DNA from: Candidatus Poribacteria bacterium
Lineage (GTDB): Bacteria > Poribacteria > WGA-4E > WGA-3G
Direction of reading: 5' to 3'
Length of the DNA: 64,000 nucleotides
Assembly (NCBI GenBank): GCA_965205025.1
Contig: CBDBFU010000028.1
Coordinates: forward strand, 192,001-256,000
Under the pieces are notes generated by a model. That model ran no database searches, had not been told where the DNA came from, and saw nothing but the letters and a program-made list of their open reading frames with translations. Both the position numbers and the translations under genes were made by a program. Position 1 is the first letter of the stretch. Each line of letters starts with the position of its first letter. Positions 27,316-36,415 of the stretch are shown here, one piece after another.

Positions 27316-28770
27316 TATAGGCGTCAATTTTAGAAAAAGGATGTCTGATTTTTCAATAATAATTATTGTTAAGTGAAAACACCTCCTATATAATGTATAA
27401 AAATATTACCTTTTACTTTATACAAGAGGTGTTTCCAATGAATACATTATCACAGGTTCCTGAAAAAATGCAACAGATTCTAACAACCATTGCTGATGAA
27501 GCAGCCCTTGAAACAGGATTTTGCAAAAGAAATCGAAAACTTGCGGGGAGTCATTTTGCTCAGACACTTATTTATAGTTGGTTAGAAAATCCTGATGCCA
27601 CCTATACTCAACTTACACATACTGCTGCTTCTCTCGGTACTCCAATCTCACGACAAGCGATTGAACAACGATTTACTGCTGAAGCTGCACAAACCCTCAA
27701 AGCAATCCTTGACGCGGCTGCGTCCGAAGTGATTTCTGCGGATCCACAAGTTCTCCCACTCCTTGAACAGTTCAACGGTATCTATATACAAGATAGTTCC
27801 TGGATAACACTCCCTGATACGCTTCACGATATTTGGGAAGGTGCCAGTAAAAAGGATTATCCGAACAAATCCGAACTGAAACTCCATCTACGCTTCGATG
27901 TTGCTACAGGGACATTCGAACACTTTCAACTCACCAACGGCATCACCGCTGATAGCACTGTAGAAAAACAGATTGACCGGCTCCCCCAAGGGAGTTTACG
28001 CCTTGCGGATCTCGGTTATTTTTCGCTACAAACCCTTCAAGAACTTACGGACGAAGGGGTCTTTTGGATTTCACGGTATAAAGTTAGGTGTTCGGTTTTT
28101 GACAATACAGGAAAGCCTCTTTGTTTACATAAATGGCTCAAGTTTCAGACCGAAAACATTATCGAAACAGATATTTTCATAGGTTCAAAAAAGCGGATGA
28201 AAGTAAGATTAGTAGCTCAGAGACTCTCCGAAGAAGAAACCGAAAAACGACGACGAGATATCAACTATCGTGCTAAACGAAAGCATACACAAGCATCACA
28301 GGCACGACTCCAACTCGCAGGTTGGAATATCTACATTACAAATATTGGAACGGATCAACTCACCGCTGAACAGATATGTGTCATTGCGCGGATTCGATGG
28401 CAGATCGAGTTGATATTTAAGTGCTTTAAAAGCCTTGGAAAAGTAGACACATCACGAAGTAAAAAACCGTATCGTATTCTATGTGAAATATATGCTAAAC
28501 TGATCGCTGCAATCATTCGGCATTGGGTGATGTTGGTCATAGGATGGCGATGTTTACGGCATAGTTTATCGAAAACAGTAGAGCTTATTACGTCCTACAC
28601 ACGCACAATCACAATAAGCTTTCGCAAGTCAAAGAGACATCTTAGAGAGACATTTGATGAGATAAAACAAGTATTCGAAAACGGGTGCTACATTGAAAGA
28701 AGAGCTAATAGAAAAACAACATTGGAATATCTTGAAAATGCTACAAAAAACCGCTAAATTGACGCCTATG
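27316..28770 (+). mobile_element. IS4-family insertion sequence (1455 bp) abutted on both sides by the same REP in inverted orientation
   Basis: IRL TATAGGCGTCAATTTTAG, IRR CTAAATTGACGCCTATG; flanks GGTAGGTGCGGTTTCCTAACCGCAC and its exact reverse complement; no direct target duplication. Confidence 0.9.
27438..28757 (+). CDS. IS4 family DDE transposase
   Basis: IQDSS, LADLGYF, RWQIELIFKCFKS (YREK-type signature); the stop codon lies inside the IRR. Confidence 0.92.
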   Translation: MNTLSQVPEKMQQILTTIADEAALETGFCKRNRKLAGSHFAQTLIYSWLENPDATYTQLTHTAASLGTPISRQAIEQRFTAEAAQTLKAILDAAASEVISADPQVLPLLEQFNGIYIQDSSWITLPDTLHDIWEGASKKDYPNKSELKLHLRFDVATGTFEHFQLTNGITADSTVEKQIDRLPQGSLRLADLGYFSLQTLQELTDEGVFWISRYKVRCSVFDNTGKPLCLHKWLKFQTENIIETDIFIGSKKRMKVRLVAQRLSEEETEKRRRDINYRAKRKHTQASQARLQLAGWNIYITNIGTDQLTAEQICVIARIRWQIELIFKCFKSLGKVDTSRSKKPYRILCEIYAKLIAAIIRHWVMLVIGWRCLRHSLSKTVELITSYTRTITISFRKSKRHLRETFDEIKQVFENGCYIERRANRKTTLEYLENATKNR

Positions 28771-28863
28771 GTGCGGTTAGGAAACCGCACCTACCGGGTT
28801 TTAGAAATATGAAAATTACCGAATTTAAAAGTTAATCTTGATGAAGATTGCGATACAAATATC

Positions 28864-28927
28864 GGGCGGGTAGACCCCGCCCCTACGAAGAGGAAGAGAA
28901 GAGTCGGGAATCGGAGTTCCCTCCTAC
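28864..28927 (-). repeat. Two GTAG-type REPs
   Basis: GGGCGGGTAGACCCCGCCCCTAC and GAGTCGGGAATCGGAGTTCCCTCCTAC; related copies at 7396, 52661 and 47918. Confidence 0.75.
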
Positions 28928-28960
28928 AGAAGAGACTAATGAATAAATTAATACCTATGG

Positions 28961-28982
28961 TGACAAAAAGTTTACACACCCC
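28961..28982. repeat. Solo copy of the TIR of the 5975-7541 element
   Basis: TGACAAAAAGTTTACACACCCC versus TGACAAAAACTTTACACACCCG at 7520-7541. Confidence 0.65.
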
Positions 28983-29132
28983 ATTAGTTGCTGTAGGTTG
29001 ACTACTACCAATATATGTGATATATTAATTATGCATTTTTTGAAGAAAATTGATTAATGACCATCAAATATAATAATTTATGTCTAATTTTAAAATTAAC
29101 CAATATCTGTTGTGAATGGAGTTGACTATTAT

Positions 29133-30062
29133 ATGGAGCGAATCGTTGCATTTATCCTGATCATAACCTTTACACTCATAGGTAGATTTGTTTCTGCGGA
29201 TAACACCGATATACACGAAAATGCAGGCACACGCGCTATGACGTTCCTAAAAATCGGGGTTGGGGCAAAAGGTATGGGGATGGGTGAATCTCAGGTGGCT
29301 GCCACTGATGATATTTACGCATCCTTTTGGAATCCAGCTGGTCTCGTAAGACTACAAAGACCAGGACTCGCGTTAATGCATAATGAATGGTTTGCTGGAA
29401 TCAATCATGAATTTGTCGGTTTTGCATTTCCTCTTACCAGCAATGATATCACTGGAGTAAGTGCTAATTTTTTATCATTTGGAGAATTGCAAGGACGTGA
29501 TCAAGATGGGAATGAAACTACTGTTTTTAGACCCTACGATTTGGCAATAGCGGTATCATACGCACGGAAAATCCGTACCATGGCATTGGGTTTTAATGCA
29601 AAATACCTACGAGAACAGATAGCTGACGAGAATGGTACTGGAATTGCATTTGACTTCGGTGGATTATATACATTCACACAGGTTCCTGTTTCAATAGGTT
29701 TTAACGCGCAAAACGTTGGTCCACGAGTTCAATATGTTGAAGATGCATTTGAATTGCCTTTCACACTCAGATTAGGTGCAGCATATACTTTGTGGGATGA
29801 TGCTTGTGTATTATCTATAGACTTCATACGTCCTACAGATAATGACAATGGAGTAGGTGCTGGAATAGCATATAATATTGCTAATGTATTGCAAATCAGA
29901 ACTGGGTATAAATATACATTTGGAGGAAATGACTTAGGTGCTTTATCAGGTCTTCGCTCTGGATTTGGATTAACTCTCAAACGATTTCAAATAGATTATG
30001 CACTTATTCCTTTTGGTGTCTTGGGATTAACACACCGATTTTCACTGATTGCTACTTTTTAA
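29133..30062 (+). CDS. PorV/PorQ-family (UPF0164) outer-membrane beta-barrel protein
   Basis: Signal peptide, FLKIGVGAKGMGMGE, FWNPAGL, DYALIPFGVLGLTHRFSL, terminal Phe. Confidence 0.75.
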   Translation: MERIVAFILIITFTLIGRFVSADNTDIHENAGTRAMTFLKIGVGAKGMGMGESQVAATDDIYASFWNPAGLVRLQRPGLALMHNEWFAGINHEFVGFAFPLTSNDITGVSANFLSFGELQGRDQDGNETTVFRPYDLAIAVSYARKIRTMALGFNAKYLREQIADENGTGIAFDFGGLYTFTQVPVSIGFNAQNVGPRVQYVEDAFELPFTLRLGAAYTLWDDACVLSIDFIRPTDNDNGVGAGIAYNIANVLQIRTGYKYTFGGNDLGALSGLRSGFGLTLKRFQIDYALIPFGVLGLTHRFSLIATF

Positions 30063-30077
30063 CATTTAGACTTACCT

Positions 30078-30221
30078 AACGTGAGTTTGATAAGACACAT
30101 TGTAACCCGAACTTTTAGTTAACACCAGAGTGCACAAACTGGAAAGTTTGTGCTACAAAGACTATCTTCAGGGCGAAGTTCTGTTTGTCGAACTGACATT
30201 TTTTATTATCAAACTGGCGTT
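30078..30221. mobile_element. MITE family A copy 3 (144 bp)
   Basis: TIRs AACGTGAGTTTGATAA / TTATCAAACTGGCGTT; ACCT duplicated on both sides; internal REP GTGCACAAACTGGAAAGTTTGTGCTAC. Confidence 0.8.
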
Positions 30222-30918
30222 ACCTACCATTATATTCTGTTGCGGCTTCTATAAATGCTTTGAATAATTTGCGTCTGTGCTCCTTAAATTCACCTGAAGT
30301 AGTCATCCTTTCTGGATGATATTGCACTCCAACCACAAACCTTTTACTCGGATCCTCTATAGCCTCAACGGTATCATCAATTGTACATAATGCTGTCACA
30401 ACAAAACCTTCTCCCAGTTTCTTCACAGACTGATGGTGGGCAGAATTAACTCCATCCATCTCCATTTCTATTACTCTACCAATTAAATTCTCTTGTTCTA
30501 ATTCAATTTTTATTGTATGTTCTGAATCCGTTCCATCTCCTCTTTTTGAATGTGAGTCTATATGTTGGTGAAGACTACCACCTGTCGCTACATTCATGAC
30601 TTGAATTCCCCGACAGATACCGAAAACAGGAATGTCCTTCTCAATAGCCTTTTCATACAAGTCAAATTCCAATTCATCGCGGTTTATATTCACATATTGT
30701 GTTCTTGGATCCATTTCTTCATCATAATAATCTGGATCTATATCTCCGCCACCAGGCAATAAGAGTCCTTGGATGTCGTCAATCTGTTCTTCAGTTGACT
30801 TTTCATCACGAATTAATAGTACTACCTCTCCTCCGAATTCCTCCAATGTATTCACATAATTTGCGAAATCATGACTACCATCCCTGTTCACTACTGGAAT
30901 GCCGATTTTTGGTTTCAT
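30220..30918 (-). CDS. Gamma-glutamyl-gamma-aminobutyrate hydrolase family (peptidase C26, PuuD-like)
   Basis: LLPGGGDIDP, GICRGIQ, NSAHHQ, VQYHPE. Confidence 0.88.
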   Translation of the reverse strand: MKPKIGIPVVNRDGSHDFANYVNTLEEFGGEVVLLIRDEKSTEEQIDDIQGLLLPGGGDIDPDYYDEEMDPRTQYVNINRDELEFDLYEKAIEKDIPVFGICRGIQVMNVATGGSLHQHIDSHSKRGDGTDSEHTIKIELEQENLIGRVIEMEMDGVNSAHHQSVKKLGEGFVVTALCTIDDTVEAIEDPSKRFVVGVQYHPERMTTSGEFKEHRRKLFKAFIEAATEYNGR

Positions 30919-31071
30919 CTATATTTCTCCTTTCAAAGCAATAATGCTTTTCTATGATTATCATACTAAATTTAATTATATCCAATACCTACATTGATAA
31001 CAAGCAAGAGTTATGGGAGGCAAACTCTATGGTGTTTGCAAAAAGAGGGCATGCATGTTATAATATAGCAC

Positions 31072-31866
31072 ATGGAATTTATGTTGGACATGGATCCTGG
31101 AAGTACAGTTTCTATCACTGAGGATGGAGAATCTATACTCACCTATCATTATGGTGAATCTGTATGGCATCCATACTTTCATCCCGTCTATGCACCAAAT
31201 GGAGAGTTGATGACTAACGAGATAGAAGGAACGGAACAGAAATATCCATCAGGACTCTCTTTTTCATTTCGAACAGTACTTAATATAAAAAGGAATCCTG
31301 TTAAATTAACCAAAATTACCGACTTGATTAATCAAACACCCTCCGAAATAGAAGATGTGGTGGAGTTTACAAATTCAGTCATTTGGGAATCCTCGGAACT
31401 AAAATTACTACAGACAAATAATATCTATCTCTATCCCCTCCAAGATGGTGTTCGGATTATAGATCTATCAGTAGAAATGTCCACTAATTCAGATACTCTG
31501 TTGTTTGAGGACGGTCTGGGTCTGAGTTATAATGCTGTTGATATGGAGCATAGGAAGGTAGCAGATTCCGAAGGTAGAATCGGAGAATCTGAAGTAAACG
31601 GAAAAGAAGCAGACTGGGGAACATTGTGTGGTATTATTAATGATACTCCAGTTGGGAGTGCAATTCTACCTGATAACTCTAATGGTAAAACAGTTTTTCA
31701 TTCCGTAGATACACAACGTGGATACTTGTCTGCTCAGTACTCACCATTGACCCTCAATCCAGACGTAAAGCAGGCATTTAATTTTCGTTTTTTGGTCTAT
31801 CTTGGGGATCTATTTACCTTTGATGTACAAAAACACTTTACAAAATATATGAATGAGAAACATTAA
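31072..31866 (+). CDS. Hypothetical beta-rich protein (DUF6807 / PmoA-like family)
   Basis: PYFHPVYAPNG motif and SEGRIGESEVNGKEADW resemble this family. Confidence 0.5.
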   Translation: MEFMLDMDPGSTVSITEDGESILTYHYGESVWHPYFHPVYAPNGELMTNEIEGTEQKYPSGLSFSFRTVLNIKRNPVKLTKITDLINQTPSEIEDVVEFTNSVIWESSELKLLQTNNIYLYPLQDGVRIIDLSVEMSTNSDTLLFEDGLGLSYNAVDMEHRKVADSEGRIGESEVNGKEADWGTLCGIINDTPVGSAILPDNSNGKTVFHSVDTQRGYLSAQYSPLTLNPDVKQAFNFRFLVYLGDLFTFDVQKHFTKYMNEKH

Positions 31867-31896
31867 TACTCTTACTGGAAAATCGTTCTCTAACTC

Positions 31897-33318
31897 ATGA
31901 AAAATAGATCACCACTACCCATATATATTCCTAATTCCTCATCTTTGCCAGACGAGAAATTGATGTATAAGAACACTGATGTAAATAACAATACATCAAA
32001 TGATTCTGGTCAATCTACTCGCAATGTTTATATTGAGACTTATGGCTGTCAGATGAATGTCAGCGATACCGAGTTAATGTCAGGTATTCTTACACAAGCT
32101 GGCCACAAAACTGTTTCACATATTGATGATGCTGATGTTATCCTACTAAATACTTGTGCCATTCGTGAAAATGCTGAGACTAAAGTAATTAATCGATTGG
32201 TACATTTAAATCATCGAAAACGCCGTAAAGAGGATCTGATTATTGGGGTCTGTGGATGCATGGCACAACATCTGCGCGACAAACTGTTAGAAGCTGCACC
32301 TTATGTTGATCTTGTAATGGGACCGGATGCATATCGAAATCTACCGTTGGCTCTAAATGCAGTTGTTACTGGCGATCCGTTTCTCAGTTTACAGTTAGAT
32401 AAAAACGAAGACTATGCTGACATCGCACCTATTCGTAAAGAAGGAATCAGGGCATGGTTAACTATCCAACGTGGATGCGATAAAATGTGCACATTCTGTA
32501 TTGTTCCATTTGTAAGAGGGAGAGAAAGAAGTATTTCATTAGAACTACTTATAGATGATGTTAAGAGACTTGTAGATGAAGGTTTCAAAGAAATTGTTCT
32601 ACTTGGACAAACAGTAAATTCATATAACGATGGTATGCATGATTTTGGTGAAGTCTTATGGCGTATTTCAGGAGTAGATGGTGTTGAACGTGTCAGATTC
32701 ACTTCCCCCCATCCTGCTGATGCTACTGATAGTATGATAGATGCATTACAAAACTGTCCAGAGGTATGTAAACAGTTACATCTTCCATTACAATCAGGAT
32801 CAACACGGGTTTTGCAGAATATGCGTCGCACATACACAGTTGAACAATACCGTGATATAATCTATAAGTTACGAGATAGGGTGCCACAGATTGCACTTTC
32901 TACGGATGTCATTGTCGGATTTTGTGGAGAAACTGAGGACGACTTTAGACAGACTTATAAACTTATGGAAGAAGTCAGATTTGATTCTGCATTTATGTTC
33001 AAATACTCAGATCGTGAAGGAACGTTAGCTAATAAGATGCTATCGGATGATGTGCTTGAATCTGAAAAAGCCAGACGATTGAATGAAATCATAGACCTAC
33101 AAGAAGATATTTCTGCGGATATCAACTCAGCATCAATTGGGACAACCGTACCTGTATTGGTTGAAGGAAATAGTCGACGTAATGATGAAGAATTTCATGG
33201 AAAATCAGATACATTCAAAACAACTGTATTCCCAAAAGAGAATGCAAAGATCGGTGATATTGTCAATGTAACAATTCATTCCACAACAGCACATACATTA
33301 ATTGGAGAAATTGCTTGA
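31897..33318 (+). CDS. miaB: tRNA-2-methylthio-N6-dimethylallyladenosine synthase
   Basis: ETYGCQMNVSD, NTCAIRENAE, GCDKMCTFCIVP, RFTSPHP, C-terminal TRAM domain. Confidence 0.93.
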   Translation: MKNRSPLPIYIPNSSSLPDEKLMYKNTDVNNNTSNDSGQSTRNVYIETYGCQMNVSDTELMSGILTQAGHKTVSHIDDADVILLNTCAIRENAETKVINRLVHLNHRKRRKEDLIIGVCGCMAQHLRDKLLEAAPYVDLVMGPDAYRNLPLALNAVVTGDPFLSLQLDKNEDYADIAPIRKEGIRAWLTIQRGCDKMCTFCIVPFVRGRERSISLELLIDDVKRLVDEGFKEIVLLGQTVNSYNDGMHDFGEVLWRISGVDGVERVRFTSPHPADATDSMIDALQNCPEVCKQLHLPLQSGSTRVLQNMRRTYTVEQYRDIIYKLRDRVPQIALSTDVIVGFCGETEDDFRQTYKLMEEVRFDSAFMFKYSDREGTLANKMLSDDVLESEKARRLNEIIDLQEDISADINSASIGTTVPVLVEGNSRRNDEEFHGKSDTFKTTVFPKENAKIGDIVNVTIHSTTAHTLIGEIA

Positions 33319-33408
33319 TATAAGGTTATTTAGTAAATGGTTTTGGCAAACATACTTCAATATGAGAATAAGTATATCTAATTTTTCACAAACTATTGCG
33401 TAAGAAAA

Positions 33409-34197
33409 ATGCAAAAAATTAGAATCAAAAATCGTTCAGAAATCGAGAAAATGAAACGGAGTGGTCAAGCTGCTGCTCAAGTTCTACAAACAATTGCTGA
33501 CGCTATTGAACCCGGTATTACAACCTATGAATTAGAAATGGAATCCCGTAAAGCAATTGAAAATCAAAACGCCACCTCTTCTTTCCTAAACTATGCAATC
33601 CCCGGACATGAACCCTATCCCGCCACAATTTGTGTCTCTGTAAATAACACGGTCATACACGGAATCCCAAAAAAGAGCGAAGAACTTGGTAACGGTGATA
33701 TCATCGGTGTGGATACCGCAGTGAGTATAGATGGCTTTCACGGTGATAACGCTTATACCTTCCCCGTTGGAAATATCTCACCAGAAGCACAGAAATTGCT
33801 GGATGTATCAAAAGCATCTTTATATGCAGCAATATCAGAAGCGAAACCGGGTAACCGTATTGGTGATGTATCTTTTCAGCTTCAAAATGTAGCAGAATCA
33901 GAAGGTTTTTCAGTGATACAAAACTTTTCTGGACATGGAATTGGACGCAATCTACATGAAGAACCTCAAGTACCAACATCCGGTTCGCCAGGTAAAGGAG
34001 TTCGTTTAAGAGCGGGGATGGTGCTTGCCATTGAAGCTATGGTAAACCAAGGTAATCCTGATGTGAATATGTTAGAGGATGGTTGGAGTATAGTAACCTC
34101 AGATGGAAGTTTATCTGCATTTTTTGAACATACGGTGGCTATACTACCTGATGGACCTGAAATTCTTACAGGGAGTGGGATATGGGAAATGCTATAA
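33409..34197 (+). CDS. map: Methionine aminopeptidase type I
   Basis: CVSVNNTVIHGIP, GFHGDNAYT, GHGIGRNLHEEP, SAFFEHTVAI. Confidence 0.92.
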   Translation: MQKIRIKNRSEIEKMKRSGQAAAQVLQTIADAIEPGITTYELEMESRKAIENQNATSSFLNYAIPGHEPYPATICVSVNNTVIHGIPKKSEELGNGDIIGVDTAVSIDGFHGDNAYTFPVGNISPEAQKLLDVSKASLYAAISEAKPGNRIGDVSFQLQNVAESEGFSVIQNFSGHGIGRNLHEEPQVPTSGSPGKGVRLRAGMVLAIEAMVNQGNPDVNMLEDGWSIVTSDGSLSAFFEHTVAILPDGPEILTGSGIWEML

Positions 34198-34907
34198 CAA
34201 CGAATGTTTCAAATCCACGGAGACTTGATCAATGGTTAGATAGAACGCACACCTTATACGCTTTTGCTGCAATACTCATATTCTTATCAATCTATCTAAT
34301 TTTTGGATATGCTGAGGTAGAAAGAACTATGCTGGAGGTACAGAAGATCTTTTTTTTTCATGTTTCCGCTGCTATGACTCTCTATGTTGCCTTCGGTGTA
34401 AACTTTCTTTTTAGCCTATTGTATCTAATTAAACGTAATCCTGATTATGATCTTCGTGCTGCTGCTGCTGCTGAAATTGGATTAGTCTTTTGTACAATTG
34501 TACTCCTCTCTGGACCTATATGGGCTAAATATGCTTGGAATACATGGTGGAACTGGGAAGCCAGACTCACGAGTACACTTGTCCTTTGGCTTATGTATAT
34601 CAGTTACTTTATTCTACGGTCCGCACTCCTGGATGACAAACGTAGAATCTCCTCTGCTGTTCTTGGGATAATAGCATTCCTTGATGTTCCAATAGTTCAT
34701 TTTGCAACGAAATTATGGGAAGAAAAAGCACATCCAAAGCGTGGCGCAAAAGTCGATGTTGAACCTACTATATTACATACTTGGATCTTTGTCTTAATCG
34801 CATTTATAATTCTTCTTTCAATACTCTTTATATTACAATATAGGATAACAAAGACAAATGAACGGTATGAGATAATTCGACGTAAACATCTTGAGGAGAC
34901 ATCTTGA
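34182..34907 (+). CDS. ccmC: Cytochrome c biogenesis heme exporter CcmC/CcsA family
   Basis: IFFFHV, Trp-rich GPIWAKYAWNTWWNWEARLT motif, PIVHF...HP. Confidence 0.8.
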   Translation: MGNAITTNVSNPRRLDQWLDRTHTLYAFAAILIFLSIYLIFGYAEVERTMLEVQKIFFFHVSAAMTLYVAFGVNFLFSLLYLIKRNPDYDLRAAAAAEIGLVFCTIVLLSGPIWAKYAWNTWWNWEARLTSTLVLWLMYISYFILRSALLDDKRRISSAVLGIIAFLDVPIVHFATKLWEEKAHPKRGAKVDVEPTILHTWIFVLIAFIILLSILFILQYRITKTNERYEIIRRKHLEETS

Positions 34908-35260
34908 TACGTATAACAATTATAGTCAGTTCTGTTATTGTATTGGGTCTTTTGTTTGCCACAATCCAAGTGCCGACATTGGATCAAGACACAGTAAATA
35001 AAGCCATTGATGAAGCAATATCCCAAATCAAAGTGACTCCTGAAAATAGGAATATTGTTGAAAAAGCCGTATTCCTTACTGTTGAGAAACTTGAAACTGG
35101 ACAGCAGAGAAGACTCAAATTCCTGGTTTCTGCATATCTTGTTATCTGGTTAGTCTTTATGCTTTATTTGTTTAGATTAGGGAAACAACAACAGACTTTA
35201 GATCAGAGAATATCACAATTAGAGGAAGATACCTCTATTCAAACTGAAGAAACTGCTTAG
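34904..35260 (+). CDS. CcmD-like membrane protein with an N-terminal extension
   Basis: Overlaps the ccmC stop; C-terminal FLVSAYLVIWLVFMLYLFRLGKQQQTL resembles CcmD. Confidence 0.55.
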   Translation: MIRITIIVSSVIVLGLLFATIQVPTLDQDTVNKAIDEAISQIKVTPENRNIVEKAVFLTVEKLETGQQRRLKFLVSAYLVIWLVFMLYLFRLGKQQQTLDQRISQLEEDTSIQTEETA

Positions 35261-35291
35261 TGACATAATCTTAAATGGGGTGGTTGAACAA

Positions 35292-36062
35292 TTATAAGTC
35301 ACTGACTACTATCTGGAATATCCTCCCAATTGTGTTCGGGGAATATCCCAAATCATCTTTAGATTTCTTCCAATCAAATCGTGAATCGTTTCGTCCTGCC
35401 ACTGCATTATACGCACCGTACGATACTTCTTCGGATTCTATAGCACGGACAACACATTGTGCAACATCTCTCGGATCAACATAGACAAACCAAGGATCTG
35501 TTACATTATTAGGTTCTGAAGGACCAGGATTTAAACCATCCCCGGCAATAACTCCTGGGCGGACATGGATTACCTTTAAACCGTGTGCTTGATGATAGGC
35601 TAATCCAATTTGCTCTCCAAGATATTTTGATAGAGAATAAAAGAGATCCCCACCACCAAACTTAAAATCATCCCCAACTTTATACGGCAAATCAACCCCT
35701 GGTGCAGGTGGACAAGTAGAAATACTGGATATATTAACTAATTTCTCAACACGTTGTTGAACACAAGCTTCCGCAACGTTCCACGTTCCTTTTACCATGA
35801 TATCAGCATATAAGGATAGAGGTTTTCCATGTCGTTCACGGACTAAAGCAACAAGGTGGATGACGGCATCCTGTTCTGCACACGCGTCTACAATTTCAGA
35901 GGTTTCAGTTACATCAACTTTTCTGAATGTTGCCCCATCATACTTTCGATCAGGTTCTACAATGTCAGCAAGAGTTAATTGGTATTCAGTGTGGAGTCGT
36001 TCAATGATAAATTGTGCAAGGTAACCAGAAGCACCGGTGATTAATATCTTTTGAATTGCCAT
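35292..36062 (-). CDS. NAD-dependent epimerase/dehydratase (probable frameshift near the C-terminus)
   Basis: ITGASGYLA, YSLSK; the alternative frame after 35340 reads PEHNWEDIPDSSQ-stop. Confidence 0.8.
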   Translation of the reverse strand: MAIQKILITGASGYLAQFIIERLHTEYQLTLADIVEPDRKYDGATFRKVDVTETSEIVDACAEQDAVIHLVALVRERHGKPLSLYADIMVKGTWNVAEACVQQRVEKLVNISSISTCPPAPGVDLPYKVGDDFKFGGGDLFYSLSKYLGEQIGLAYHQAHGLKVIHVRPGVIAGDGLNPGPSEPNNVTDPWFVYVDPRDVAQCVVRAIESEEVSYGAYNAVAGRNDSRFDWKKSKDDLGYSPNTIGRIFQIVVSDL

Positions 36063-36073
36063 TGTTATTAGTT

Positions 36074-36415
36074 CTAATTGCCGAATGGTATTTCGGAGTA
36101 GAGCGTCTCATTGTAACCAACATAAAACACATCACCTATACGAATAGTAGGTGCGCGTAAACTCCCACTTCGTCCTAATACTGCTTTTATGATAGATTCC
36201 TGATTTGCTTCATCTGGTTGGAAGGTTTCAACACTCTTACCTTTTGCGATAACTACCTGTTCTGCAGATCCCAGTAAATCCCATACTGCATCTGCTTCTA
36301 ATTTCTCTTTTCTTGCATCAGTCCGATTTTCCGCTTCAATGTTATGTGACTCAAGTACCTCTTGAGCTTTTTTACAAGAGGTTCAGCTATTCCGATAATA
36401 CATCCAGTCAACCAT
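36074..36415 (-). CDS. ArsC/Spx-like thioredoxin-fold selenoprotein (UxxC), 113 aa, absent from the ORF track
   Basis: MVDWMYYRNS-TGA-TSCKKAQEVL...LGRSGSLRAPTIRIGDVFYVGYN; in-frame TGA at 36385-36383 at the first Cys position; downstream hairpin CTCAAG-AGGTA-CTTGAG; TAATG coupling to the upstream gene. Confidence 0.88.

Noticed and set aside
28791-28979. 62-aa ORF downstream of the IS4
   Set aside because: Made almost entirely of translated REP and MITE sequence
31072-31866. Methane monooxygenase subunit
   Set aside because: Soluble beta-rich protein without TM helices or pmoB/pmoC; the PmoA-like family name is misleading
34350-34358. T9 tract as a phase-variation switch in ccmC
   Set aside because: In frame and encodes the conserved aromatic IFFFH motif
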